Assembly: GCA_050633305.1 (NCBI GenBank)
Contig: JBOEGF010000020.1
Coordinates: 131,305 to 195,304, forward strand
Source of the DNA: Nannocystales bacterium
GTDB taxonomy: Bacteria > Myxococcota_A > Polyangia > Nannocystales > Nannocystaceae
Direction of reading: 5' to 3'
DNA: 64,000 nt
The notes beneath the pieces were generated by a model. It was not told the DNA's origin, searched no databases, and saw only the letters and a list, made by a program, of their open reading frames with translations. Below are positions 18,920-29,565 of this stretch, one piece after another; positions within the stretch are counted from its first letter, which is position 1; each line of letters opens with the position of its first letter. The position numbers and the translations under genes are program-made.

Positions 18920-19169
18920 CTGTCTGTGAAGTGCCCGAAACGCTGAACCGGATCACGGTGGTCGCTCACTTTTTTCCGGATCTCGGGAGGTCCGCCTGCA
19001 GGTCCACGAACCGCTAATGCGACGGCGGGGCGTTCCGGGGCTCGACATGCCGGGACGCCGCCCTCGCGGCCAAGGGCCCCAAACACGTGCCACAGCATCT
19101 ACCGCCGTGTGAGAGGCCCATCGCCGAAGTCCCTCGTGTCCCGTCCCTCGGGGCCCTACCCTGTCGTTC

Positions 19170-22100
19170 GTGACCGGCGAGCGCACGCTGTCGTCCCAGC
19201 CGACGCTGGCCGACCCGAAGGACGCAGTGGTTGCCGAGTCACCGGCGGACGCGCCCCGTCGCGGCGAGCTGATCGGTCACTTCACCATCGTCGATCGACT
19301 CGGCGCCGGCGGGATGGGCGTCGTGTACGCGGCGTACGACGTCGAACTCAACCGCAAGGTGGCCATCAAACTGCTGCGCGTTGCGTCCGGGCAGGACCAA
19401 AGCATCGGGCGCGCCCGCCTCATGCGAGAGGCCCAGGCGATGGCACAGGTCGACCACGCCAACGTGGTGACGGTCTTCGAAGTGGGCAAGCACCGCGGTG
19501 ATGTCTACATCGCGATGGAGTTCATCGATGGGGAGACCTTCGGCCAGTGGCGTAGGCGAACCAGCGCCCCTTGGCCAGAAGTCATCAAGCTCCTTGGGCA
19601 AGCGGCACGTGGTCTCGCAGCGGCGCACGCCGAGGGCTTGGTGCACCGCGACTTCAAACCCGACAACATCATGGTCGGTCGCGACGGCCGGGTGCGTGTG
19701 ATGGACTTCGGGTTGGTCCGCAGCGACGGCGGGCCCGGGCCGACGGTCCTTCCCGAAGCAGACAGTGAGTCCGAAGTCGATGAGGCCGCGACGTCGGGGG
19801 AGAGCGATCCGGACTCTGCCGTCCATGCCAGCACTTCCAGCGTGGACTTGACCAAGGCCGGAACCATCGTCGGCACGCCTGCGTACATGGCCCCCGAGCA
19901 GTTCAAGCGCGAGCCCACCGACGCGCGCACCGATCAGTTCAGCTTCTGCGTGACGCTGTGGGAAGCCCTGTTCGGTGAGCGGCCGTTCAAGGGCGATTCG
20001 CTCCTGAGCCTGGGCATGAACGTCACCGAAGGCATGCGCAGGCCTACGCCAAAGGGGGCGGGTGTTCCGGCGTGGCTGCAACGGGTGTGCGAGCGCGGTC
20101 TGTCGACCGACCGGTCCGCGCGCTTCGAGTCCATGCAAGCGCTTCTCGACGCGGTCGAGTCCGGGCAGCGTCGCTCGAGACAGCGCTGGTTGGCTCTGGG
20201 CGCCGCGACGCTGGTCCTCGGAGGGAGCGCGACATGGGCGGCCAACGTCGTGGCTGAGCAGCGCCAGGCCCAGGCCTGCGAGACCGCCGGCCGAGCGATC
20301 GACGAGGTCTGGAACGACGAGGTCGCAACGCGACTGCGCCGAGCTTTCGAACCGCTCGGCGAGCAAGCATCCGCCCGAACGCTCGCTTCCGCGGCCACAC
20401 TGCTCGACGGCATGGCGGGCGCTTGGTCCAGTGCGCGCACGGAGGCCTGCATGGGAGCCCGGATCCGCGGGGACCGATCCGAGGACATGCGGGAGCGCGC
20501 CGTATGGTGTCTCGACGACCACAAGCGGACCCTGGACGCGACGCTCGAGGCGGTGGCCAACTCGCGCGAACGCTCTGTCCTCTTGCAGTTCGTCCCCGCG
20601 CTGTCGGAGCTCGGAGGCGTCGATGAGTGCCTGGACGAAGACGCGCTCCGAATGCGGGTGCTCCCACCCACCAGCGAGAGGCCCACGGTCGTCGCACTGC
20701 GGAGCGAGGTCGCGACCTTGGACGCTCTGCTGCTCACCGCCCAGTTCGATTCCGCCGTAGAGGCGGCTCAGGCAATGGACGCACGCCCTGACGCGGCCAG
20801 CTGGGCACCGTTTCATGCCGAGCTGGGTCTGCGTCTTGGCCAAGCCCTCGGCGGTCGAGGCGACCTCGACGCTGCCGAATCCCGACTGGTCGACGGTTAC
20901 CTCGAGGCCGTGGAAAGCCAGAGCGTCGACATCGCCAGCGCCACCGCTCTCGAGCTCGCCAGGCTTCTGGGCGTCGAGCGCAATGAGCCCGATCGTGGCA
21001 TGCTGTGGATGCGCCTCGCCGAGGTCCACGAACGCGCACGCGGGCAAACACCCCTGCGCCGCGCCGGGCAGCTGCACCGTCGGTCAAGTCTCCTCAGGCC
21101 GCTGAAGCGGTTCGACGAGGCCGAGGCGGGCTACGTCGAGGCGGTGGAGTTGCTCGAGGCGGAGCTTGGGCCAGACCACCTGTTGGTCGCCCGCACCCGC
21201 AACAACCTCGGCAACCTCTACGAGGAACTCTCTCGGTTCGACGAGGCCATGGCGCAGTTTGAGGCGGCCATCTCCATCCGGCGGAAGACGCTGGGCAGTG
21301 CGCACCCCGACGTCGCCCAGAGCCTTGTGGGCATGGGCAACACCGTGGGGTCCATGGGTGACCATGAGGAAGCCCTCGCCCTGCACCTTCGAGCGCTGAA
21401 GACCTACCAGGCTGCGCTTGGTGATGACCACGTGCTCGTGGCCATGGCGCGTGAGAACCTCTCCGCGGCCCACCTCAACCTTCGGCAGCTCGAGCCCGCC
21501 CTGGAGCACGTCACCCACGCGGCGAAGATCTACGAGGCACAGTTCGGTTCGCTGCACGCCAAGACGGCGAATGCCCTGAACTCGATCGGTACGATTCACC
21601 ACTGGGCGGGCCGGCTCCCCGAAGCGAAGGCTCACTATGAGCGAGCACAGCTCGGCCTGGTGGCGACGCTCGGTCCCGGGGACGCCAAGGTTGCCAATGT
21701 CCTGTTCAACCTCGCGCTCATCGAGCGGGAAGCCGGCGAGGCTCAGCGGGCTCGCGGGCTGTTTCAACGGGCGCTCGACATCCGCGAGACGGTCTACGGC
21801 GGCAGCCACGTTCTGGTGGCCAACTCGCTCGAGGAGTTCGCCATCCTCGAAGCCACCGACGAACACCCAGACGAGGCGCGAGCCATGTTCGAGCGAACAC
21901 TCGCGATTCGGCGAGAGCTCCACGGGGCGGGCCACGCGTCGGTCTGGAGAGCCGTGACGAATCTGGCCAGCCTCAACGCGATGACGAACGAGCCCCAGCG
22001 AAGCCGCGCCTTGTACTCGAAGATCGTGACGGACTGGACTGAGGCGCTGGGCGACGACGACCTCGCGCTCGCTCAACCGCTGCTGGCGACCGCGCAGCTG

Positions 22101-22382
22101 GAGCTCGACGAGGGGCAGCCCGCCGCCGCTATCGCTCCCGCGCGGCAGGCCGTGGCGCTTCGCAACGCGCAGGACCAGGACCCCGTCTCACGCGCCCAGG
22201 CTCAGTTCGTGCTTGCCCAAGCGCTCTCACCCAATCCCCGCGACGGCGCCACCAAGGAAAGCCTCGAACTCGCCCGCGAAGCTCTGGCCCAGTACGGCGA
22301 CTCGGTGGAGCACGAAGCCTCGCGGGCCGAGGTCCGGGCCTGGCTCGCCAAGCGCGGAGTCCGAAAGGGCAGTCCCCGCTGA
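19170..22382 (+). CDS. Ser/Thr protein kinase with TM segment and TPR repeats
   Basis: [35 protein letters not shown], many 42-aa-type TPR repeats. Confidence 0.95.
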   Translation: MTGERTLSSQPTLADPKDAVVAESPADAPRRGELIGHFTIVDRLGAGGMGVVYAAYDVELNRKVAIKLLRVASGQDQSIGRARLMREAQAMAQVDHANVVTVFEVGKHRGDVYIAMEFIDGETFGQWRRRTSAPWPEVIKLLGQAARGLAAAHAEGLVHRDFKPDNIMVGRDGRVRVMDFGLVRSDGGPGPTVLPEADSESEVDEAATSGESDPDSAVHASTSSVDLTKAGTIVGTPAYMAPEQFKREPTDARTDQFSFCVTLWEALFGERPFKGDSLLSLGMNVTEGMRRPTPKGAGVPAWLQRVCERGLSTDRSARFESMQALLDAVESGQRRSRQRWLALGAATLVLGGSATWAANVVAEQRQAQACETAGRAIDEVWNDEVATRLRRAFEPLGEQASARTLASAATLLDGMAGAWSSARTEACMGARIRGDRSEDMRERAVWCLDDHKRTLDATLEAVANSRERSVLLQFVPALSELGGVDECLDEDALRMRVLPPTSERPTVVALRSEVATLDALLLTAQFDSAVEAAQAMDARPDAASWAPFHAELGLRLGQALGGRGDLDAAESRLVDGYLEAVESQSVDIASATALELARLLGVERNEPDRGMLWMRLAEVHERARGQTPLRRAGQLHRRSSLLRPLKRFDEAEAGYVEAVELLEAELGPDHLLVARTRNNLGNLYEELSRFDEAMAQFEAAISIRRKTLGSAHPDVAQSLVGMGNTVGSMGDHEEALALHLRALKTYQAALGDDHVLVAMARENLSAAHLNLRQLEPALEHVTHAAKIYEAQFGSLHAKTANALNSIGTIHHWAGRLPEAKAHYERAQLGLVATLGPGDAKVANVLFNLALIEREAGEAQRARGLFQRALDIRETVYGGSHVLVANSLEEFAILEATDEHPDEARAMFERTLAIRRELHGAGHASVWRAVTNLASLNAMTNEPQRSRALYSKIVTDWTEALGDDDLALAQPLLATAQLELDEGQPAAAIAPARQAVALRNAQDQDPVSRAQAQFVLAQALSPNPRDGATKESLELAREALAQYGDSVEHEASRAEVRAWLAKRGVRKGSPR

Positions 22383-22559
22383 CTTGCACACCGCTCCACG
22401 GCGGGGAAACCAGTCCGGGGCGCGGCGCAAGCAGATCGGCAGTTGTCGAGACGGGGGTGCGGGTCCGGCGGTGACACGGGGGCTTCCGCGGGATGAAGTC
22501 AACATGAGCTGCTGAGGCATTCCCCGGACAGCGACGTTCCAAGGGGTGAAGAGTCGCCC

Positions 22560-23717
22560 ATGGACCACCGCCAACCCGACCCCACCTTCGCTCCCACTCC
22601 GCCACCTCGACAACGTGGCCAGGTATGGTCCCGATCGGCGCTGCTGTTGGCGCTGGGCTGCCCCGCATCGGGGTGTCTGACCGAGCCCTACGACCGGAAG
22701 ATTGTCGACGACGTCGATACACCGATCCTTGTAGGGGGGTTCGCGGACAATCCCGACCAGACGATCGACGTGGAGGCTTGGGACTATGCAGCCGGAGCGT
22801 TCACCCCTATCGCGACACCAGTCTCCAGCACCAACGTCGCCGCGACCGTCTGGGGAACCGACTTCTTCAACTACAGCACCACGGCGAACCTCGGTCCCGA
22901 GCACTGGGACCGGCTCGGCAACGGACACGAGGCCCAGCTCCGGGCATCGGTTCCCGGCTACAACTTCAGTACCGTGCGGCAGGACTGGATTTCGTGCCTG
23001 AGCGACAACCTCGGCTCCGCGCTAGACTTCGCGGAAAACTGTGTCGCAGAGAACCTGCCTCGAGCCTTTGTGTACACCCAGGCCTACCCCACAACGGTCG
23101 ACGCATTGCTCGAGACCTGCCCCAGTGCGGAGGAGATCGCGGCCATCGACGCAGAGATCACGATCGAGCTCGACCCGGTCGTGATGGCGGATCCAGCAGA
23201 GGCTGCGATGGCCTGTACGGTCGGCGGGAGCGAAGCCAGCGCTCGGTTGGCTTTGTACAACGCGCTGCGAGCGATGAAGCTGCTGCGCTTCGATGAGCCC
23301 ATGCCCTTGCTCGGCTCCAACAACCTCTACGAATGGGTCCGCGATCTCGGGATCACGCTTCGGATCAGCAACCAGGCGATCTCAACCGGGGGTGGTACGG
23401 GCATCAACCTCGCATGGACGCCCATGACCCATCCGCACAAGCGCGCGTGGGTCAACCCGTCCTCCGGCACCGGGCTCGAGGGGCTTGTCGGACTCATCGT
23501 GCACGAGTCCCGTCACACGACCCCAGGTGGTGGTCATGGACACGCGTGCGCGGGCGGCAATGATGTGAGCTACGACGCAGGTGGTGCGTGGGCCGCCCAG
23601 CACGACTTCTTCCTGTGGCTGAGCGAGCACTCGCTCGGGTACCTCACGCAGTACCAGCGCGACCATGCCCAGGCGGCGGCGGCGGATATCATGGGGACCC
23701 GGTTCTGCTCCCCATGA
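22560..23717 (+). CDS. Putative lipoprotein with HExxH zinc-binding motif
   Basis: Signal-like ALLLALGCPASGC; LIVHESRH followed by GHGHAC...D. Confidence 0.7.
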   Translation: MDHRQPDPTFAPTPPPRQRGQVWSRSALLLALGCPASGCLTEPYDRKIVDDVDTPILVGGFADNPDQTIDVEAWDYAAGAFTPIATPVSSTNVAATVWGTDFFNYSTTANLGPEHWDRLGNGHEAQLRASVPGYNFSTVRQDWISCLSDNLGSALDFAENCVAENLPRAFVYTQAYPTTVDALLETCPSAEEIAAIDAEITIELDPVVMADPAEAAMACTVGGSEASARLALYNALRAMKLLRFDEPMPLLGSNNLYEWVRDLGITLRISNQAISTGGGTGINLAWTPMTHPHKRAWVNPSSGTGLEGLVGLIVHESRHTTPGGGHGHACAGGNDVSYDAGGAWAAQHDFFLWLSEHSLGYLTQYQRDHAQAAAADIMGTRFCSP

Positions 23718-23834
23718 GGCCGATTCGACCTTGACTCGCGTGACCTTCGACCGCGTGTTGGACTCCGCCCGCCACGGCCGCAATCCGCCGTTGCATTTGC
23801 TTGCGGCCAACCGCGGTCCCAGACAGTCTCTGGT

Positions 23835-24416
23835 GTGTCCTCCGAGCTCGACTCGCTGATTCGTCTTGTGGCCGGCGAGCACGTCCAACTGTCCGGCTCC
23901 GACGTCCGCGCGCTCGCAGCCACGATGACTCCCATGCGACGGGCTCCCGACGAGCTCCTCTTCGCTCGCGCCGACGCTCCCTCTGCTTTTGTGTTGTTCG
24001 ACCGCGGTCTCGCCCGCACGTACACGATCGACGCGCGCGGCCGAGAGCGAAACCTCCGGTTCCTGGCGGGGCCAAACCTCGCCACGGCACTCTCCAGTGT
24101 CATCCGCGGGACCGCCACCGAAGAGTGGGTCGCGGCCGTCACGTCCATCGAGGGATACCGCGGGAACTTCGGCGCGCTGCGACCCCACCCCAGGTTCGAA
24201 GCACTCATGCGTGCGCTCGCCGAGCAGCACTTCCTCTCGCTCGAGCGGCGGGTTCGCACCCTTCAGCAACCGTTCGCCAAAGCGCGCTACCGCGTTTTCC
24301 GGCAAGAGATGGAACCCACCATTGTCGACGCCATGCCCGAGCATCACATCGCGTCGTACCTCGGCGTAACGCCGGAAACGCTCAGCCGAGCGAAGCGAAA
24401 TCGCCGCCCGGATTGA
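23835..24416 (+). CDS. Crp/Fnr-family regulator
   Basis: cNMP-binding-like GLARTY..D..GRE; C-terminal HIASYLGVTPETLSR. Confidence 0.85.
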   Translation: MSSELDSLIRLVAGEHVQLSGSDVRALAATMTPMRRAPDELLFARADAPSAFVLFDRGLARTYTIDARGRERNLRFLAGPNLATALSSVIRGTATEEWVAAVTSIEGYRGNFGALRPHPRFEALMRALAEQHFLSLERRVRTLQQPFAKARYRVFRQEMEPTIVDAMPEHHIASYLGVTPETLSRAKRNRRPD

Positions 24417-24461
24417 CGATCGTCAAGGCCCACAACCCCGCTTGTAGGCAGGCTTGCAGGC

Positions 24462-24881
24462 GTGTCCCCGCTTCTCGCCCCCGTTGCCGCCCTCGCTGTC
24501 TGGACGCACGTGATTCTGCTCTGGATGTACGCCACCCGCCTTCCCGCGGTACGGCGCGCGGGTATCGTGCCCGACCCGATGGCGCCACGCGGCGCCCAGA
24601 TGGCCACGCTCCCCGTACGCACGCGATGGAAGTCCGACAACTACACGCATTTGTTGGAACACCCGACGGTTTTCTACGCCGCCGCACTCGCACTCGCAGT
24701 GCAAGGCGTCGATGAGAGCTGGGTCGTTACCCTCGCCTGGGCCTACGTAGCCCTGCGGATCGTGCACGGGCTCGTGCAGACGACGGTCAACCACATCCCC
24801 ACCCGTTTCGTGCTCTTCGCCTCGAGTGCGCTTTGCGGACTCGCGCTATCGGCCGCGGCCCTGCACGCCACGCTCAACTGA
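24462..24881 (+). CDS. MAPEG-family membrane protein
   Basis: DNYTHLLEHPTVFY, LAWAYVALRIVHGLVQ, RF; hydrophobic helices. Confidence 0.88.
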   Translation: MSPLLAPVAALAVWTHVILLWMYATRLPAVRRAGIVPDPMAPRGAQMATLPVRTRWKSDNYTHLLEHPTVFYAAALALAVQGVDESWVVTLAWAYVALRIVHGLVQTTVNHIPTRFVLFASSALCGLALSAAALHATLN

Positions 24882-24987
24882 TCCGCAACCGCCCCAAACC
24901 ATTCTGCGCATAGTTTGCTGGTAGGCAGCCCTCCGCGTCCACTCATCAGTGTTATCTACTAACATAACTTCACAGGAATTCGACCCA

Positions 24988-25242
24988 GTGCCGGAAAAAC
25001 CGAGCAACCCAAAGACGCCAGGCCAGGGTGGAGTTCCAGGCGTCGTAGGCCCCAAGACCCCCCCAGTAGGCCCCGACCATCCTGGTGGTACCAAACCGGG
25101 GGAGGGTCCAACCCCGCCGCATCCAGGCCACAGTCACGGTGGAGAGATTCGAACAACGCCAACCTCGGATGACGAGGGCGCGCGTTCATCCAAGCACAAT
25201 GACCGGACAGAGGAGGGGTCCGAGGTAGAGGAAAACTACTAG
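24988..25242 (+). CDS. Small Pro/Gly-rich hypothetical protein
   Basis: GTG start after AGGA; low-complexity sequence, so coding status is uncertain. Confidence 0.35.
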   Translation: MPEKPSNPKTPGQGGVPGVVGPKTPPVGPDHPGGTKPGEGPTPPHPGHSHGGEIRTTPTSDDEGARSSKHNDRTEEGSEVEENY

Positions 25243-25501
25243 CCTCGGCGGTTGAGTCGTTCTTCGGGTCCCTTCCGCAGGTCGCGGACTTCCAGCAGTC
25301 GGACGAGCCGTAGTCCGAATTGGACCACGCTCGGGCGAAAGGTGAGGAGCGTTCGTGAAGGAAAGAGGGCAGTTCGCTTCCTGGCATTGCTCAGCGGCTT
25401 GAGCCGCGCTATCGAGCCGGGTTCAGACCTGAAGCTTCATCCATGACCCTCCCATCTCCAAGCCATTCACCGGCCCGAGCCGAATCTGCTCCGGGACGCT
25501 C

Positions 25502-25966
25502 TCAGGTTGAACCGTTGCGCTCTTCCGAGCCTTCGCTTGACCGTGACCAGTATCGCTTTTCGCCTCCGAGGCCCTCCCTGGCGTGTTCAGCCCATGGTGG
25601 ACTCGCGGGGCCGAACCTTCGTAGCGCGTCCGGGTCCGAAGTTGCCGCCTCGCGGGCTCGGCGGACGCGTTCGAGCTCGGCAAACGCGGTCTCAGCGAGG
25701 GCGTCGCGCGCTTGGGGAACACGATGGAAATGGGGCGAGATCGAGAACATGGAGACGACGAACGCCTCGATGGCCTCCTCGGTCATCAGCCCGAGCAGGC
25801 GTGCCCGGACAACGCCTTCCTCGACGCAGGCCTTGAGCCGCACGGTCGTCCAACCCGCGGTGTTCGTGTCGGGGTGTTTTCTCACCGTGACTGTGATTCG
25901 GTGGCGCACTTCATCCCACATCCGCGCCTCGAGTTCAGCAAGTTGTCCTGGTCTCAGCTGCAACAT
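25502..25966 (-). CDS. Hypothetical protein, coupled downstream partner of the large EEP protein
   Basis: Starts 7 nt after the upstream stop with a GAGG RBS; helical 154-aa protein containing GVVRARLLGL..E and SMFSISPHFH. Confidence 0.75.
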   Translation of the reverse strand: MLQLRPGQLAELEARMWDEVRHRITVTVRKHPDTNTAGWTTVRLKACVEEGVVRARLLGLMTEEAIEAFVVSMFSISPHFHRVPQARDALAETAFAELERVRRAREAATSDPDALRRFGPASPPWAEHAREGLGGEKRYWSRSSEGSEERNGST

Positions 25967-25973
25967 GAAGTCC

Positions 25974-28900
25974 TCACCTATAGACGTCCTTCAGAAGGCC
26001 GACCAGCGCGTCTGAGAGTCTCTTCACGCCGTTGTCCGCCCTCGTGTACAAGGGAAATGTGGAGTCGTGGCAGAAAGCTCCCAGGCTGAGTCGAGCCCAA
26101 TCCGCGAGCACGACCATGTCTTTCTTCAGCATGAGATCCCCCTTCTCGCGGGGACTGATATCGAGCATCGCGTTCATGATCTTCGGCTCGTCCCAGACGG
26201 TGTCTGTATCGAACGCCTTAGTCTCGAAGCAGCGGCGCTTGCCGAAGAAGTTCGACCGCTCCGACGATGCCAAGGGAAACAAGCCGAGGCTTCCCGCCAG
26301 GTTGCAATCATTCTTGGGGTCGGCATCGCTGAAGACCTCCCGGAATGAGTAGTAGCCTTCGGCGATACCGATGAGTACGAGAAGCCCCGTGACGAACACC
26401 TCGTTGTCTTTATTGGCTTCAACACCGAACATTGTTACGAGGAGAGCGGCGTAGGGCAAGGAATCGTCGTCGGGCACCGATGATGGAAGGCGTCCCGTAC
26501 ACAGGAGTGTAAGTAATGCGTGAGCGGCCTCCTTGTCACTACCGCGCGTACTGAAGAATGCCCCGATCTCCCGGTAACTCCAGTCCCCGGCCTCGTGATC
26601 ACGCCCAACGCCCCGCACAGGGACCGATTCAAAACGCACTCGCGGGTGCTTGTTGTTCCAGTAGGCGCCGCAACTCGCGCAGACCTTCTTGTGTTCGCAG
26701 TGCACACACCCATCGACCTGGACGCGGATGCTGCCGACCCAGATCGCTTTATGACGACTAAAATACTGGAAGTTGTCGTCCAACGCGAAGCTCTTGCTGA
26801 TGCTCTTCGTCTGCTGCAGTCGTCCCGCGACCCGCATCCAGTCCGCGCCGCCTCGAATGACCCACTGGCCCTCGTCGTTCACGGAGACGTCGCCATTTAT
26901 GGTCTTGTAGCGCTCCGCGATCGCGCTGATTCCCACCTTCACCAGCTGGTAGCCGGTGATACACCCGTTGGAGCACTTCGCTGAGGTTCGCTCGTCGCAG
27001 GTCCCACAACAGTTTTTGATATTGGCGCATTCGGCCTTCTCTAGCGACAACGTCTTGCACGGCGCAATCGTCTTGACAGGCGCAAAGGGCCTAGTGAACG
27101 CGAAGCCCCCGCTCACGAATCCGCCCCGTTTTTCTCGTGAGGTCTCCTCCACTTCGACACACACCGGAATGTGATCGCTGAGCGTATTTGCGAGCTCGAG
27201 ATAGACATTCAGCTCGAAGAAACGTTTGCGCTGCTCCGGTTTGATGTAGACCACCGACTTGGGCGTCGCGCGCGACACCCCGTTCTTCTTCCAAACGTCG
27301 TCATCGAAGAAAGCTGTAACGGGATCTTCCTCTTGGGCCGCGTTTCGTGCGATCCCCCGGATAGCATCGATGTCTTCGTGCTCGTTGTTCATCTTGACGA
27401 GGCGTTTGTAGGCCCCGACCAGAGCCGCCGCCATTACGTCGACCTCCCCGAGAAACGGCCCGAGCACGTCGTCCTCGAGGGGGTCGTCAATCGCAGCGAA
27501 AGGCGTAGCGACCGACCCGGAATCGTCCTGTTCGACGTCGGCGGAGGGAAGTTCCAGCACTCTCGAGCCCAGCGCTTCCCAGAAGCACAACTCCTCGAAC
27601 TTCATCTTCGTGTAGTCTCCCCCGGGGTCGGCGTTCCCTAGCGCTTGGGCCTTCGCTCTCTCGAGCTTCCGGCGGCGGAACGCGTTCTTCAGAACGGCGC
27701 GATTGCCCTCGACAGCAAGCGCCGCTTCCGTCTTTGCTTCCTCCACCCACTCATCCAGCCTCTTCCAGAGCTCCGAGAGACTCGGGTCAACTGGCCTCGT
27801 CTCTCTTTGTCGGGCACCGTAGATCCTGGAAAGGAGACGGTACGTGATGGGAACCTCCTCGACCTCCTCCGGGTCGACGTTCATCGGTTCGTCAGTATCG
27901 TCGTCGAGGATCTCCTCGGGGTCGCCAACGATGCCAATGCGGACCCGCGCCTCGGTGGGCATCACCGCGCCGACGAGGTTCCAAACCTGGGTCGCTGCGT
28001 CCCCCCACCCGTCGTCCTCTGTCGCGCGCAGTAACACTTGGTCGAAGTTGGAGTACAGACACCCCGCCAAGGAGACCTCATCGTCGTAGAATTTCGCCCT
28101 CGGTTGGCGAGAGCACACCGTGTGCAGAGACATTCGCAGCGTCGTCCGGAAGTCCGGTGAGTAGGTGAGACGAGAGAACATGTCGCTGCTGGCCAGAGGT
28201 TCGAAGGCATCCTCCACAGCGAGGAGCACTTCGATCTCCCTCGGGTCGTCGAGTTGCCCACTCCGAACCTCCTCGAGCCGCTCCTGTGCTTCTTGCAGGG
28301 AGAGCTCCGCTCGGCGCATACGTGCGGTTCGGCGCGTCATCGCCTGCTTCTGTTTTGTCGAGGGCGTGAACCGAACGGGCTTGGCACCTTGTGCGGTGCG
28401 TCGACGCTTCCGCAGCGCACTCTCGGCGGCCTTCCTCATCTCCTCTTCGTACTCCCCAACCTTCTGAGTGGCGATCGCGAGCTCGGTCTTCGCTTCGGCC
28501 TCATCGATCTCGCATCGCGTCACTGGGTCGTCTTCGTAGCGGGACCTCTCGCGCGGCTTCACGTGATTGGCGGCCTCCTCGTCGATGTTGAGGTCGGCGC
28601 ACAAGACGACATGGCGAAAAACCATCGGGGAGCCGAACTCGGTGAGCTCGGACAACGACTCGATCGCGGTGCGTGCGAGTGTGTGGTCCCTCGGAGCGAC
28701 CGACGGAGCATGGAAGATCACGACACGAATCGTGTCGAAGACTCCGTACGTCTCCGGGCTCGTCAGCGGCTCGAACACCGCGAGCGCAGGCCGTCGTGTG
28801 GCCGAGGTCCCGTCGGGATCGAGGTAGCGCTTTCGATCTTCACCTCGGGTGTACGAGATTTCCCGTCCGACCAATGAAAACCGCTGCAGCTTCAGGCGGG

Positions 28901-29345
28901 AAGTATCGTAGATGACCGCGTAAGTTTCCAATCCGTTGTGTCCCCCCGGCCCCGTGTACTCACCCGCGAATCGAATCCGCCAAGGACGAGGCGACATGCG
29001 GTTGAACAACTCGAAGATCTTGACGGCCGTATAGACGCCAAACCCTTCCATCACTTCCATCAGCGCGATCACGTCGGCATCGATGCGAGCGAGCAGGGCC
29101 GCGAACACGCGCTGGACCGACTCGTGGCGATGCAGAAACTGCTTGCCGAGGGTCTTGATGTTCCACGATGCGACACGAATCCGGCCTTCACGGTCTTCCT
29201 CGTCACTCTGAGAGCTGTCGGAGCTGTCCGCCGCCTCACCACGGCAATAGGCGCACGCGTCGTCAATCGCACACCCGGCGCATGTATCCTCGCCGCAAAG
29301 CTTGCATACGACAAGCACGGCCTGTGTATGGATTGAGCAACGCAT
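25974..29345 (-). CDS. Large multidomain protein: B-box-like Zn finger, split DNase I-like EEP domain, Cys cluster, unknown C-terminal domain
   Basis: CSIH-x7-CKLC-x4-CAGC-x5-CAYC; then SWNIKTLG, DVIALMEV, ETYAVIY, RRPA, FHAP, ADLN, RTT, NFDQV and SDHIPV in DNase I order. Confidence 0.85.
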   Translation of the reverse strand: MRCSIHTQAVLVVCKLCGEDTCAGCAIDDACAYCRGEAADSSDSSQSDEEDREGRIRVASWNIKTLGKQFLHRHESVQRVFAALLARIDADVIALMEVMEGFGVYTAVKIFELFNRMSPRPWRIRFAGEYTGPGGHNGLETYAVIYDTSRLKLQRFSLVGREISYTRGEDRKRYLDPDGTSATRRPALAVFEPLTSPETYGVFDTIRVVIFHAPSVAPRDHTLARTAIESLSELTEFGSPMVFRHVVLCADLNIDEEAANHVKPRERSRYEDDPVTRCEIDEAEAKTELAIATQKVGEYEEEMRKAAESALRKRRRTAQGAKPVRFTPSTKQKQAMTRRTARMRRAELSLQEAQERLEEVRSGQLDDPREIEVLLAVEDAFEPLASSDMFSRLTYSPDFRTTLRMSLHTVCSRQPRAKFYDDEVSLAGCLYSNFDQVLLRATEDDGWGDAATQVWNLVGAVMPTEARVRIGIVGDPEEILDDDTDEPMNVDPEEVEEVPITYRLLSRIYGARQRETRPVDPSLSELWKRLDEWVEEAKTEAALAVEGNRAVLKNAFRRRKLERAKAQALGNADPGGDYTKMKFEELCFWEALGSRVLELPSADVEQDDSGSVATPFAAIDDPLEDDVLGPFLGEVDVMAAALVGAYKRLVKMNNEHEDIDAIRGIARNAAQEEDPVTAFFDDDVWKKNGVSRATPKSVVYIKPEQRKRFFELNVYLELANTLSDHIPVCVEVEETSREKRGGFVSGGFAFTRPFAPVKTIAPCKTLSLEKAECANIKNCCGTCDERTSAKCSNGCITGYQLVKVGISAIAERYKTINGDVSVNDEGQWVIRGGADWMRVAGRLQQTKSISKSFALDDNFQYFSRHKAIWVGSIRVQVDGCVHCEHKKVCASCGAYWNNKHPRVRFESVPVRGVGRDHEAGDWSYREIGAFFSTRGSDKEAAHALLTLLCTGRLPSSVPDDDSLPYAALLVTMFGVEANKDNEVFVTGLLVLIGIAEGYYSFREVFSDADPKNDCNLAGSLGLFPLASSERSNFFGKRRCFETKAFDTDTVWDEPKIMNAMLDISPREKGDLMLKKDMVVLADWARLSLGAFCHDSTFPLYTRADNGVKRLSDALVGLLKDVYR

Positions 29346-29565
29346 GGTCTGGACGGGGCCGCGCACCTCGGCGCGGTGTGCCCAACCTCGCATCCGCACA
29401 CCGCGGAGCCCAATGTCATTGGGCTATCGTTTTGAAGCGGCCGTAGGGCTCACAGCGTCGCGAACTCGGGCCCGGCGTCGGCCGTAGACGGCCGGGGCTG
29501 GTCGACCATCGACTCGGTTTGATGCACGGCACGCGTTGCTCGGACCGGCACCTCGCAACCTGGAG

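Noticed and set aside
25243..25500. Possible third gene in the nuclease cassette
   Set aside because: Minus-strand frames are either interrupted, lack a credible start or run antisense into the small plus-strand ORF.
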